Shown: positions 8,873 through 18,822 of the stretch, piece by piece
Layout of the letters: each line of letters begins with the position of its first letter
Numbering within the stretch: position 1 is the first letter of the stretch
Source: a bacterium
Lineage (GTDB): Bacteria; Zhuqueibacterota; Zhuqueibacteria; Residuimicrobiales; Krinioviventaceae
Assembly (NCBI GenBank): GCA_963693055.1
Contig: OY843751.1
Coordinates: 2,976,001 to 3,040,000, forward strand
Reading direction: 5' to 3'
Length of the DNA: 64,000 nt
Notes under the pieces: model-generated
The model's database searches: none
Told to the model about the DNA's origin: nothing
The model's input: the letters and a program-made list of their open reading frames with translations, nothing else
Position numbers and translations under genes: made by a program

Positions 8873-10186
8873 TTATACATTCATTGGAACAACAAAAGGT
8901 TCGCGATAATCGCGGGTGAGCATTTCATCAGCTTCGGGATCATTAACAAATCGTTCACTGGAAGGATCAAAATCTAACTGACGTCCCAGACGATAAGAAA
9001 TATTACCCAAATGTGCAAGTCCTGATGAAAGATGAGCGGTTTCAACTGGAGCATTTAAAATGGATTTATCGTGAGCGCGTACAGCTTTAATAAAATTAGC
9101 ATAATGGTCCCCACCTTCTTTCTTACTTGGGCCTGGTTTAACATTTCTACCTTCACCCAAATAAGTCTCATAGGTATCATAACCTTTTACAAGCATAAAA
9201 CCTTTTGATCCATAAAAGAGGTTTCCTGTTCCCACGCCATCTTCCTTGTTAGTATACCAGTGACGTACCTCAACTTCCATAAATTTATTTTCATTTGGCC
9301 AAGCATATTGAGAGCTAAGAACTTCAGGAGTTTCTTTGCAATCATCCCATAAGAATTTTCCACCCATAGAAGAGATTTTGCTAGGTAATCCAACACCTAA
9401 TCCCCACATACTCATATCAGTTTCGTGAACACCCTGGTTACCAATATCGCCATTACCAAATTCCCAATGCCAGTGCCAATTATAATGGACAATATTACGT
9501 GAAAATGGACGTTCCTGAGCTGGTCCCAACCAAAGATTATAATCCAAGCCGTCTGGTACAGGTTCAAAACCTTTATCACCAATATCCGGGCGCCAACGGT
9601 AAATTGTTGCTCTTGACATATAAACATCGCCAATTAAACCATCTCTCAAATGCTGAACGGCTTCCTGCAAAGCTACAGAACTACGCAATTGTACTCCATG
9701 TTGTACAATACGATCATATTTTGCAGCGGCTTCAACCATTTTACGGCCTTCATAAATATTATGAGAACCGGGTTTTTCTACATATACATCTTTTCCTGCC
9801 TGGCAAGCCCAAATAGTAGCAAGTGAATGCCAATGGTTACAAGTTGCTATACTAACCACGTCAATGTCTTTATCTTCATAAACTTTGCGTAAATCTTGTT
9901 CTAATTGTACTTTTTTATCATATTCCTCTTTAAAATCTTTGGCTCTTTGATCAAGAACTTTTTGGTCAGGATCACAAAGGGTAACAACCTCTACTCCATC
10001 AAGGTTCATATAACCTTTGATATGGTTTTTACCTCTTCCATTTACACCCAATACAGCAACATTAATTTTATCATTTGCACCTTTTGCCGATTTGGGTAAA
10101 ATCATGGGTGCTGAAATTGCTGCAGCAGCGGTTACACCTGCAGAACTCTTCATAAAATCACGACGGCTAACCTTTTCTTTTTCCAT
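8873..10186 (-). CDS. Tat-exported Gfo/Idh/MocA oxidoreductase
   Basis: Twin-arginine signal SRRDFMK, VAVLGVNGRG, DVYVEKP, QHGVQLRS; ATG 10186 with GAGG RBS. Confidence 0.9.
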   Translation of the reverse strand: MEKEKVSRRDFMKSSAGVTAAAAISAPMILPKSAKGANDKINVAVLGVNGRGKNHIKGYMNLDGVEVVTLCDPDQKVLDQRAKDFKEEYDKKVQLEQDLRKVYEDKDIDVVSIATCNHWHSLATIWACQAGKDVYVEKPGSHNIYEGRKMVEAAAKYDRIVQHGVQLRSSVALQEAVQHLRDGLIGDVYMSRATIYRWRPDIGDKGFEPVPDGLDYNLWLGPAQERPFSRNIVHYNWHWHWEFGNGDIGNQGVHETDMSMWGLGVGLPSKISSMGGKFLWDDCKETPEVLSSQYAWPNENKFMEVEVRHWYTNKEDGVGTGNLFYGSKGFMLVKGYDTYETYLGEGRNVKPGPSKKEGGDHYANFIKAVRAHDKSILNAPVETAHLSSGLAHLGNISYRLGRQLDFDPSSERFVNDPEADEMLTRDYREPFVVPMNV

Positions 10187-10254
10187 GGTCAAAACCTCAA
10201 TTTAGTAAATATTTATGTTTAAGTACCAATTGAACCGGTTTAAATTTAAAAATT

Positions 10255-10283
10255 ATTATAGTGTTTTAAATAGAGATTGTCAA
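10255..10283 (-). promoter_or_regulatory. Consensus sigma70 promoter for the Tat oxidoreductase
   Basis: Minus strand TTGACA (10278-10283), 17 nt, TATAAT (10255-10260). Confidence 0.72.
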
Positions 10284-10361
10284 TAGTTTTATACATATTT
10301 ACACTTTATTACAAAATGAATCTTAATTTAGTAAAAGATGAACAGTTCTTCAGGAAATGAT

Positions 10362-10390
10362 TTGCATTTTAGTACTTAAATCTTTATCAT
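10362..10390 (+). promoter_or_regulatory. Putative sigma70 promoter for the KamA-family gene
   Basis: TTGCAT, 17 nt, TATCAT about 70 nt upstream of the TTG start. Confidence 0.55.
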
Positions 10391-10457
10391 ATAAAGCTGT
10401 ACTTGTAATGTTCTCTGAATGAACTAGAATATCGAATTTGCTAACAAGGAGATACTA

Positions 10458-12251
10458 TTGTACAACAAAGACAATATTGATCGTTTACTATCCATAAATC
10501 CCACTATTCACAGTCTCCTCAAAGATGCCCAAAATCCCAGAATGGCAAGAAATTTTACCCGAATATATTTAGATGAAATGATCAGTATGCTTGACAGAAA
10601 TACACAAAAAATTCAACCCCTTGAATGGACTGTTCAAATGTCTTGTTTACAAACTTTTAAAAAAATCATCTCAGTTAGAAGTGAAAGGCTTGCAAAATTC
10701 AGTATCATTCAAGTACTTTTTTATATAGCAAAAGGGAAAATAGATAAACTTCCTGCTGATCTAAATGACGGCTTTTTTGAAGAAATGATCCACTTGTTTC
10801 AAGGTATGCTGGGCAAAAGTGGTATATATACTCAAGAAACAGTCCCTGAATTTACAAATTTGAGCGGACGAGATGCTGCCATTTCCCGATCTAATAAATT
10901 AGATAAAATGGCAAATGAAAGTAACAAATTTATAAAAAAATATCCATCAGGCCTTGATGAAATAGTAAAACAAAAACGTAAATCAAATAAGAAACGTATA
11001 TTGGATTATTTTAATGCTACAGAAGAAGATTGGAACAATCATCTCTGGCAAATGAAACATGTAATTCGAAACGTTGAACAACTTGAAGCATTAATTGATC
11101 TTTCGGAAGAAGAAATCCGTGCAGTCAATATGGCCAAAGGCGGTAATTTGCCCTTTGGAATAACCCCCTATTATGTGTCATTAATGGATAAAGAACCTGA
11201 TCGTAACCTTGATCACGCGATAAGAGCTCAGGTTATACCTCCCCTCAACTATGTAGAAAATATGCTAAAAAATCGTGATGATCGTTCCAATTGCTTTGAT
11301 TTTATGATGGAATCTGACACATCCCCTATTGAACTTATCACAAGAAGATATCCCATGATCTGCATTCTCAAGCCCTACAATACTTGTAGCCAAATTTGTG
11401 TGTATTGCCAACGAAACTGGGAAATTGATGATGTATTAGCTTCTGATGCTTTGGCAAGCAAAGAAAATATAACCAAAGCTGTTCAATGGATCAAAGAACA
11501 TCCCGCAATCAATGAAGTACTTGTTACCGGTGGCGATCCTCTGGTAATGAATAATAATAGGCTGGATTGGGTCTTAACTCAACTTGCAGAAATAGATCAT
11601 GTGGAAAGAATTCGTATAGGATCGCGTACACCTGTTGTATTGCCACAACGAATCACTAATGACCTTTTGCAAACGATCGAAAAATATCATGTCCCCGGAG
11701 TACGTGAAGTCGTTCTTGTTACACATTTCGAACATCCCTATGAAATTACTCCTGAATCCTTACAAGCTGTACAGAAATTCAAAAAGGCAGGAATTTCTGT
11801 TTACAACCAGGCTGTTTATACTCTTGAAAACAGTCGAAGATTTGAATTAGTAGCCTTGCGTAGATTACTAAGATTAATTGGAGTGGATCCATACTATACT
11901 TTTAATACAAAAGGTAAAGAAGAAACAAAGAGCTATCGTGTACCCATGGCCAGGCTTCAGCAAGAAATTAAAGAAGAAGCGAGATTGATCCCGGGTACAG
12001 TAAGAACGGATGAGCCAGTTTACAATGTACCTAAATTAGGCAAGAATTATATAAGAGCTCAACAGCATCACAGTGTATTAACTATTTTACCAAATGGTTC
12101 CCGGGTTTATGAATTTCATCCTTGGGAAAAAAATCTGGCATTAGCTGAAACATATATTGATACTGATGTTTCAATATATGATTATTTAAATATACTTGAA
12201 AAACGTGGTGAAAATATTGATGATTATAAATCTATCTGGTATTACTTTTAA
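10458..12251 (+). CDS. Long-form KamA-family radical SAM 2,3-aminomutase (glutamate-aminomutase-type residues)
   Basis: CSQICVYC radical SAM motif, RYP, TGGDPL, RIGSRTPVVLPQRIT, PYY, PKLGK putative PLP lysine; about 180-aa N-terminal extension; AGGAG RBS before TTG. Confidence 0.85.
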   Translation: MYNKDNIDRLLSINPTIHSLLKDAQNPRMARNFTRIYLDEMISMLDRNTQKIQPLEWTVQMSCLQTFKKIISVRSERLAKFSIIQVLFYIAKGKIDKLPADLNDGFFEEMIHLFQGMLGKSGIYTQETVPEFTNLSGRDAAISRSNKLDKMANESNKFIKKYPSGLDEIVKQKRKSNKKRILDYFNATEEDWNNHLWQMKHVIRNVEQLEALIDLSEEEIRAVNMAKGGNLPFGITPYYVSLMDKEPDRNLDHAIRAQVIPPLNYVENMLKNRDDRSNCFDFMMESDTSPIELITRRYPMICILKPYNTCSQICVYCQRNWEIDDVLASDALASKENITKAVQWIKEHPAINEVLVTGGDPLVMNNNRLDWVLTQLAEIDHVERIRIGSRTPVVLPQRITNDLLQTIEKYHVPGVREVVLVTHFEHPYEITPESLQAVQKFKKAGISVYNQAVYTLENSRRFELVALRRLLRLIGVDPYYTFNTKGKEETKSYRVPMARLQQEIKEEARLIPGTVRTDEPVYNVPKLGKNYIRAQQHHSVLTILPNGSRVYEFHPWEKNLALAETYIDTDVSIYDYLNILEKRGENIDDYKSIWYYF

Positions 12252-12265
12252 AATGAGGAATTCCA

Positions 12266-12451
12266 ATGAGTGAAGAACAAAATTTACAAAATGATGTTCC
12301 CGGTCCAATTGAAAGTGAATATAAGGGTAATCCTATATTAACCTTAAATCCGGAAAGCAGATATCCCTTTAGCTTTGGCTTATCGAAAGCAAAGCTGGTA
12401 ATTCAATACATTGAAGAAATTAAAGCTTTTATTCAAAAACATGATAAATAA
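12266..12451 (+). CDS. Small hypothetical protein (61 aa), probably co-transcribed with the aminomutase
   Basis: GAGG RBS, 14 nt after the KamA-family stop, followed by a terminator; protein-like EYKGNPIL..YPFSFGLSKAKL core. Confidence 0.7.
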   Translation: MSEEQNLQNDVPGPIESEYKGNPILTLNPESRYPFSFGLSKAKLVIQYIEEIKAFIQKHDK

Positions 12452-12484
12452 AAAAAAGGCCGCTTATTTAAGCGGCCTTTTTTT
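12450..12484. terminator. Bidirectional intrinsic terminator
   Basis: A-run, GGCCGCTTA-tt-TAAGCGGCC, T7 between convergent genes. Confidence 0.85.
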
Positions 12485-12500
12485 AAATTCTTAAATCCTA

Positions 12501-13793
12501 TTAACCAATCCGATTTAACCATTCACGTGCTTTACCAACATATTCACTATCCGGATAGTTATTGATCAATTCTTGTAAATAATTTTTGGCATTTTGCATA
12601 TCATTTAACTGGATATAACAACGTCCTAACATCAAAGTTGCATCATCTTTTTTGTATGAAAAGCTATGTGCAAAAACACTTTGGAATGCCTGAATTGCCT
12701 GTTCATAATTCGCAAGCCCAAAATAGGATTCACCAATCCAATAGTCACAATTACTGGTCAATTTGTGATTAGGATATTGAGCTTTTAATTGCTCGAATTG
12801 AGAAATTGCATTTGAAAAATCACGAGCATAATAAACTTGCAAAGCACTTTGATATGCATTAGAAAATGATCCATCACCGCTATATGCAGTAGCAGCTCTT
12901 CCGCCAGAGCCAGCTAAATCAGATTCAAGATCAGAAATACGCTGCTCTTTAAACTGCAACTCCTGCTGAAGATTGTTGATTTCATTCTGTTTAGTGCTAA
13001 TATTTTGAGTCAATTCATCATATCTTTGCTGCAATGCTAAATCATCAGTTTCAGTAAACATGGACAGATCATCACTGTCTTCCAATTGGGAAAGGATATC
13101 ACCTTCCACCTCATTAAATTCTACACGTTCAAGAGCCAAAAGATCTTCATCACTTGGACCTTGTTGTGAGCGGCTACCAAGATGATATGTCAAACCCAGT
13201 TTTGCATTTAAATAACCATCTTTTGAACCATTATTATCTTGATTGTTTACTCCATCAAGATCATCTGACATGGTAAATCTATAATCTGCAAAAGTAGTAA
13301 AAGCTAATTTATCTGTTAAAAAGAAATCTAGTCCACCACCAAAGATCAAACTACCATCATAATAAACTTCGCCTTGTGGTAAGGTAGCAGTTTGTTTATA
13401 CACATATGTAGGATCTTTGCTCTCTCTATAAAACTCGAAACTAAATGCACCTACACCCAAAGAAACATAGGGTAAAAATCTGCCTGAATTTAAGAGATTA
13501 AAATTAGCTGTCAAGTCAACATTATTTAAATAACTGGTAAATTCATTATCAACATCAGTCAAACGAGAATAACCAACACCTAAGGCTAGGTTGAAACGGT
13601 TATTCAAATAATATCTTCCCGCAACACCACCAGAAAGACCAATGCCAGGATCAGCATAATCTCCATAAGGCTGAGTAAAACCACCATATGCTCCAATACC
13701 AAACTTGGATTTTCCGGTTGGTCCCTGAGCATAAAGTGAAGGTACTAGTAAAAGCACCATTGCAATTATTAATAAATTCTTCAGGATCTTCAT
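12501..13793 (-). CDS. Outer-membrane beta-barrel protein fused to a coiled coil and a CpoB/YbgF-like TPR domain
   Basis: Signal peptide; amphipathic barrel strands (PYVSLGVG, GGGLDFFL, LGLTYHLG); acidic linker; heptad coil; YWIGESYF/DDATLMLG TPRs and YPDSEY. Confidence 0.75.
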   Translation of the reverse strand: MKILKNLLIIAMVLLLVPSLYAQGPTGKSKFGIGAYGGFTQPYGDYADPGIGLSGGVAGRYYLNNRFNLALGVGYSRLTDVDNEFTSYLNNVDLTANFNLLNSGRFLPYVSLGVGAFSFEFYRESKDPTYVYKQTATLPQGEVYYDGSLIFGGGLDFFLTDKLAFTTFADYRFTMSDDLDGVNNQDNNGSKDGYLNAKLGLTYHLGSRSQQGPSDEDLLALERVEFNEVEGDILSQLEDSDDLSMFTETDDLALQQRYDELTQNISTKQNEINNLQQELQFKEQRISDLESDLAGSGGRAATAYSGDGSFSNAYQSALQVYYARDFSNAISQFEQLKAQYPNHKLTSNCDYWIGESYFGLANYEQAIQAFQSVFAHSFSYKKDDATLMLGRCYIQLNDMQNAKNYLQELINNYPDSEYVGKAREWLNRIG

Positions 13794-13837
13794 GTTTATC
13801 TCCCTTCATGGAAAATTAAACTTGGCAACATAATGCA

Positions 13838-14374
13838 TTAAGAATAATTTTTTTTCTGTTCCCTAAAATATTCTAAAAGCGTTTCAGGAACAATGGTTTC
13901 AAGATTAATAGTAGTTTCTGCATTTTGATTATAAGCACTCAACAGGGTTTCAAGATTTAATGTTTCATAATAAAATATTTCACCATTTTTTTGATCAAAC
14001 AAATTTTTTATTTTAATTATTTGCTCTCCTACTTTTTCAAAATAATAGTTTGTTAATGAATGCCCTATCAAGTCCTTAACTTTTAAATCGATGTCTAATT
14101 TACTTTTTAGCACATCACGAATAATACCATGAAACAAATAACGATTCAAATTTAGTTCTAGTCCACTATCAACACCTTTATAACTAAAAATAGATGGACC
14201 CTTAAAATAGTCAGTTTTTGGAGCGATATGATTCAAAATATAAAAATCAATCGCTTCACGCTCATTGGTTTCAAGGAACTTGTGTGAAGAATAACATAGT
14301 AGATTTTTACTTTCATCAAATTCTATTTCAACGAGCACGTTAAAAGTTGAAAAATATATCGTATCATTCATCAC
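13838..14374 (-). CDS. Hypothetical protein
   Basis: 178-aa ORF filling the gap; no motif recognised. Confidence 0.55.
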   Translation of the reverse strand: MMNDTIYFSTFNVLVEIEFDESKNLLCYSSHKFLETNEREAIDFYILNHIAPKTDYFKGPSIFSYKGVDSGLELNLNRYLFHGIIRDVLKSKLDIDLKVKDLIGHSLTNYYFEKVGEQIIKIKNLFDQKNGEIFYYETLNLETLLSAYNQNAETTINLETIVPETLLEYFREQKKNYS

Positions 14375-14486
14375 ATCAAAATCTTACAATCTTAATTAAA
14401 GCAAAAATCAAGCCATTAACAACTTACTTTACATAACTTGAATAACCTACTTTAGAACAAGGAATTACACAAGTATTATTTCAAAA

Positions 14487-14508
14487 ATTTGTGACATGAA
14501 ACACATTT
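14487..14508. promoter_or_regulatory. CRP/FNR-family-like binding site
   Basis: attTGTGA-catgaa-ACACAttt versus consensus TGTGA-N6-TCACA (9/10). Confidence 0.4.
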
Positions 14509-14682
14509 ACGTAATTTAAATAAAACAATAACTTATGAACTTTTTTATTATACATACAATAAATTAATTTTGCGTTAATATTTTTTATTTTCACCTACTA
14601 AAACAAAGTTTTTCTTGAATTTATTTACAAATTATATATTCAATTTTAAAACAATATCTCAAACTGATACAGTAATAGTTAC

Positions 14683-15636
14683 CTATTTGAAATTTAATAT
14701 TACTTTTAAAGAGCTTTGCAAGGATAATTCAAACGCCTTGTCAAAGTCATTATAATGAAATTCTTTTTCAATTAAATCGTCTATAATAAATGAATTATTT
14801 TCTATGAGACGAAGAGCAGGTTCAAATCTGCCACACCTAGATCCTACGATACTAATTTCATCCACAACAAACTGAGACATATTGATTGCGATATCACTTG
14901 CATAGGTACTTTTTAAAACAATAGTGCCTCTGGGCATAATTATTTTTTTAGCAAACACCAAACCTTCCGGACTGCCAGAGGCTTCTACAACTATATCAAA
15001 CTTTTTATCGGTATCACGCTTTCCGATTTGTGCACCAAGCTTTTCAGCAATAGCAAGTTTTTTTTCATGTTTACCGAACACTGTACATTCGGCACCTGTT
15101 AATTGAATTGCCTGTAAAATTAACAATGCCAATTTACCATCTCCTACAATTGCAATTTTATCACAAGGCTGAACATGAACCTGTTCTAAAATTTCTATAG
15201 CAGCTGCAATAGGTTCGGTAAAAACTGCTTGGATATCTGATACGGAATCTGGTACTAAAAATAAATTCTTGTCAGGCAAAACCAGGTATTCAGCAAAAGC
15301 ACCCTGATGATTATAAATACCCAAGACAGATCGATTAAAACAATGTCTTTCGAGACCTGATTGGCACAACGCACAATCACCACACCCTACATTGATTTCA
15401 CCAACAACACGTTTACCAACCAAAGTTGAATCAAGTGACTGCTCAACAACTCCTACAAATTCATGCCCCATCACACCCGAGTAGTCCATATACCCTCTTG
15501 TAATTTCAATATCTGTATTGCATATACCAGCTTTTGAAATTCTTATCAGGGATTCGCCTCTCGTTGCAACAGGCTTGTCTACTTCAACAAGCATTACTGA
15601 ATTATCAAACGCAATTACTTTCATATCAATAAACAA
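14683..15636 (-). CDS. Zn-dependent medium-chain alcohol dehydrogenase
   Basis: GICNTD, GHEFVG, CGDCALC...HC structural Zn, GDGKL, EASGS. Confidence 0.9.
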   Translation of the reverse strand: MFIDMKVIAFDNSVMLVEVDKPVATRGESLIRISKAGICNTDIEITRGYMDYSGVMGHEFVGVVEQSLDSTLVGKRVVGEINVGCGDCALCQSGLERHCFNRSVLGIYNHQGAFAEYLVLPDKNLFLVPDSVSDIQAVFTEPIAAAIEILEQVHVQPCDKIAIVGDGKLALLILQAIQLTGAECTVFGKHEKKLAIAEKLGAQIGKRDTDKKFDIVVEASGSPEGLVFAKKIIMPRGTIVLKSTYASDIAINMSQFVVDEISIVGSRCGRFEPALRLIENNSFIIDDLIEKEFHYNDFDKAFELSLQSSLKVILNFK

Positions 15637-15759
15637 AAACCTCTCATCTAAACAAACGCTTTAAGCAAATGTCAGTAAACATTAATACATAACAAATTAC
15701 GGAATTTGAAATGTATTGTCAAGAGAAATAATCAAAATCAAGTAGAAAATGAAGAAAAT

Positions 15760-17499
15760 TTATCGAACGAGTGCGATTTTAGCTGGGCCGATTACCGTAG
15801 AACTTTCAATAATAACCAAATACACCCCTGAAACTACCCCTTCCCCATCGCTATTGATGCCTCTCCATTGAAAAATATTTGTACCATCGGGACATTTTTC
15901 TAATTTTGATCGCAATATTTTTTGACCTGATTCATTGTAAATTGAAACATAAACGTCATCACTTTGCTCTTCAAGATTAAAAATTATGTCTGCATACTCG
16001 TGTTTATCCGGCATAAATGGATTAGGCTTAATCTCTACAATCTCATTAACACTTTCAGAAACACTTCCCCGCTCAATCTTCATAGAAAAAGTTTTGGCCT
16101 TATTATTTACAAAAGAAACATCAGGAAAACGGCTATAAATGGGACAAACAATTATTTCTGAAAGTGAACTAATCGTGTCAAGATTCTTGGGTGAATCTCC
16201 ACCTACAACAATCGTTTCATAATTATCGTCATAATTGTTTATTATAATTGAATAGATCCAATTTTCAGGCTCGTCAAAATCGGGAACGATTGAATATTCA
16301 CCACTAGATTTTACTGAAACTTTATAATAATTTGTAGATTGTTGTTCAACTTTGTCTTCCAATTTCAATTCTGAAACAATCTGTTTTTCTTCGGCAAAAT
16401 CTATTTGCGGGTAAAATTCTCCCTCCGGGTAATACGTTGTTGAATCCGCACGATTTCCTGTAAAATAATTCCAGACTGAAAAATCTGCTATTTCCATTTT
16501 AAAGCTGCTGCCATAATCCAGCAACGCAAGATTAATTGCTTCAAAGACTTCATGATCAATAAAATATTCCCAAATAGATTTTACTATATTACGATCATAT
16601 TTTTTTTCCAACATATGATGGAATATCCCCAAACCATATTCATGCGAATATCCCGTCGAATAAAAGGGTTGGTCAAGATTTTGAAACAATGAAGGTACAT
16701 AGTAATAATAATCATTCACATCATCATAAACCACATCTTCCATCCAGGTAGCAGTTGATTCGAACAAAAATATAGCATCTATCTCTGTATTAAAATAACC
16801 ACGATATCCCAAATGGATCATGTGAAAAAATTCATGTGCAGCGGTTACATTAATCGCCCCTACTCCCTGCGTTGGAGTGTGCAAAAAGTCATTATCCATT
16901 TCAATATAACTTGTATAATCATCGCGCTTTGTGCCTGACACGGCATATTCAGGTGTAGTAGCACCATAATCACCAAAATTATAAATATATACATCATACT
17001 GAGGGTCATCAGGATCGTCTATAGGTGGCGGCATATACCCCATCTCATTAACCTCTATATCAAAAGAATGATCAAAGGCTAAAGCTGCGGCTTGAATAAA
17101 CTCGAGCGTTGCAGCATCTTCCCCAACAGTTGTATAATGCAATTTGAATAAACCACTTGGACTGATAAAAGAATCTGTCAAATTTCCATAAGAAGCACGA
17201 GACAAATAAGGTTTCAATATTTCTTTTTCTTCTAAAGAAGCAGTTTGATATTCCTGAAAAGCCTGAAATTTTAAATGAGTGGCATTTCTGGTGATTTCAT
17301 TGGAATATATTTTATATTCTTCCGGTAAATTATCAGGATTATAAATAGCATCAAGCTGTTTAACCAATAATTCTGTTTTTGATATACTTCCTTGCTGATA
17401 CGATTGTATAAGAGCCTGCTCAATTGATTTCGGATTAGAGCTTGCGCTTGCAATTGTAAACGAAAAAAGCACAAAAATAATTGAAACTGTGTATTTCAT
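15760..17499 (-). CDS. Secreted zinc metalloprotease (MXAN_6640-like) with C-terminal FlgD-Ig/T9SS-like domain
   Basis: Signal peptide, AAHEFFH (HExxH), ESTATWMED, C-terminal PNPF...SGVYLV. Confidence 0.75.
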   Translation of the reverse strand: MKYTVSIIFVLFSFTIASASSNPKSIEQALIQSYQQGSISKTELLVKQLDAIYNPDNLPEEYKIYSNEITRNATHLKFQAFQEYQTASLEEKEILKPYLSRASYGNLTDSFISPSGLFKLHYTTVGEDAATLEFIQAAALAFDHSFDIEVNEMGYMPPPIDDPDDPQYDVYIYNFGDYGATTPEYAVSGTKRDDYTSYIEMDNDFLHTPTQGVGAINVTAAHEFFHMIHLGYRGYFNTEIDAIFLFESTATWMEDVVYDDVNDYYYYVPSLFQNLDQPFYSTGYSHEYGLGIFHHMLEKKYDRNIVKSIWEYFIDHEVFEAINLALLDYGSSFKMEIADFSVWNYFTGNRADSTTYYPEGEFYPQIDFAEEKQIVSELKLEDKVEQQSTNYYKVSVKSSGEYSIVPDFDEPENWIYSIIINNYDDNYETIVVGGDSPKNLDTISSLSEIIVCPIYSRFPDVSFVNNKAKTFSMKIERGSVSESVNEIVEIKPNPFMPDKHEYADIIFNLEEQSDDVYVSIYNESGQKILRSKLEKCPDGTNIFQWRGINSDGEGVVSGVYLVIIESSTVIGPAKIALVR

Positions 17500-17502
17500 A
17501 AT

Positions 17503-18819
17503 CTAATTCTTTTTTCTAAATATCATACGAACAGGAACTCCCAAAAAGCCGTAATTGTTCCGGAGTTGATTTTCCAGATAATTTCGATAGTTTTGTTTTA
17601 TTCCTCTTGGCTCATTTGTAAAAAAGACAAATGTGGGTGGTGAATGTTTTACCTGGGTCAGATAATTAATTTTTACATATTTATCACCAAACGCAGGTGG
17701 GTGATGTTGAGCAATTGCAATTTCAAGAAATTTGTTCAACTCTGCTGTTTGTATTGTACGTTTTCTTTCTTCATATACAGACAAGGCAATATCCAACAAT
17801 TTAAATATACGCTGTTTGGTTAAACATGATACAAACAGTATGGGAATGTATGCCAGATCTCTAAATGTATCCTGCATTTCAACTTCAAAATTACGTGAAG
17901 TCATTGTATCTTTTTCAACCAGATCCCATTTGTTTACGCCAACAACAATACCTTTACCTTCATCAATTGCCTGACGAATAATTTTTTTATCCTGATCAGC
18001 AATTCCCTGCGTAGCATCAATCAAAACCATTGCAATATCACATCGGTGAATAGCGTTATTGGTCCTAACATTACTGAAATACTCTACACTTTCTTTTACT
18101 TTTGTGCGCCTTCTCAAACCAGCTGTATCAATCAATACTAGCGACTTTTTCTGATATTGAAGCTCCGTATCAATTGCATCCCGGGTTGTACCGGCAATAT
18201 CAGTTACAATATGCTTATCATGTCCCAAGATAGCATTCACAAAAGAAGACTTGCCAACATTTGGGCGGCCAATAATGGCCAGTTTTATACGATCATCGAT
18301 ATATTCGCCAGCTTTAATCTTGTGTTCAAATGAATCAAGAACCATGTCTAACAAATCACCAACATAACGCCCACCCATAGCAGAGAGTGCATAGGGCTCT
18401 CCCATTCCAAGTCTGTAAAATTCATGAATATCCATCAGGCGATCATCATTGTCAATCTTGTTTACAACAAGTAATACCGGGATACCACTTTTTTTAAGTA
18501 TATTGGCAATATCCAGATCCAATGCTGTAACGCCAGTCGTTATATCCGTTACAAAAATTATTACATTTGCTTCGCTAATAGCAAGATTAACCTGCTCCCG
18601 AATTGCTGTTTCAAAGATATCATCAGATTCCGGTACATATCCGCCGGTATCTAGCAGTTCAAATTCATAACCTGCCCAATCCGTCAGTGCATAATTACGG
18701 TCACGTGTTACACCCGGCATGTCATCCACAATTGCTTCACGCTTGCGTATAATTCTATTAAACAATGTAGACTTGCCTACATTGGGTCTTCCTAATATTG
18801 CAACAACAGCTCTTTTCAT
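17503..18819 (-). CDS. der: Ribosome biogenesis GTPase Der
   Basis: Two GRPNVGKS P-loops, [24 protein letters not shown]-terminal KH-like domain. Confidence 0.97.
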   Translation of the reverse strand: MKRAVVAILGRPNVGKSTLFNRIIRKREAIVDDMPGVTRDRNYALTDWAGYEFELLDTGGYVPESDDIFETAIREQVNLAISEANVIIFVTDITTGVTALDLDIANILKKSGIPVLLVVNKIDNDDRLMDIHEFYRLGMGEPYALSAMGGRYVGDLLDMVLDSFEHKIKAGEYIDDRIKLAIIGRPNVGKSSFVNAILGHDKHIVTDIAGTTRDAIDTELQYQKKSLVLIDTAGLRRRTKVKESVEYFSNVRTNNAIHRCDIAMVLIDATQGIADQDKKIIRQAIDEGKGIVVGVNKWDLVEKDTMTSRNFEVEMQDTFRDLAYIPILFVSCLTKQRIFKLLDIALSVYEERKRTIQTAELNKFLEIAIAQHHPPAFGDKYVKINYLTQVKHSPPTFVFFTNEPRGIKQNYRNYLENQLRNNYGFLGVPVRMIFRKKN

Positions 18820-18822
18820 ATT

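Noticed and set aside
10458-12251. Lysine 2,3-aminomutase (kamA/ablA) or EpmB
   Set aside because: The lysine-binding Asp positions appear to be Lys/Asn, and no kamDE/kdd/kce, ablB, efp or epmA genes are adjacent.
14375-14682. Very AT-rich 300-bp intergenic region as an sRNA, riboswitch or origin
   Set aside because: No stable structure, riboswitch consensus or DnaA-box cluster was recognised by eye; a covariance-model search would be needed to exclude an RNA.
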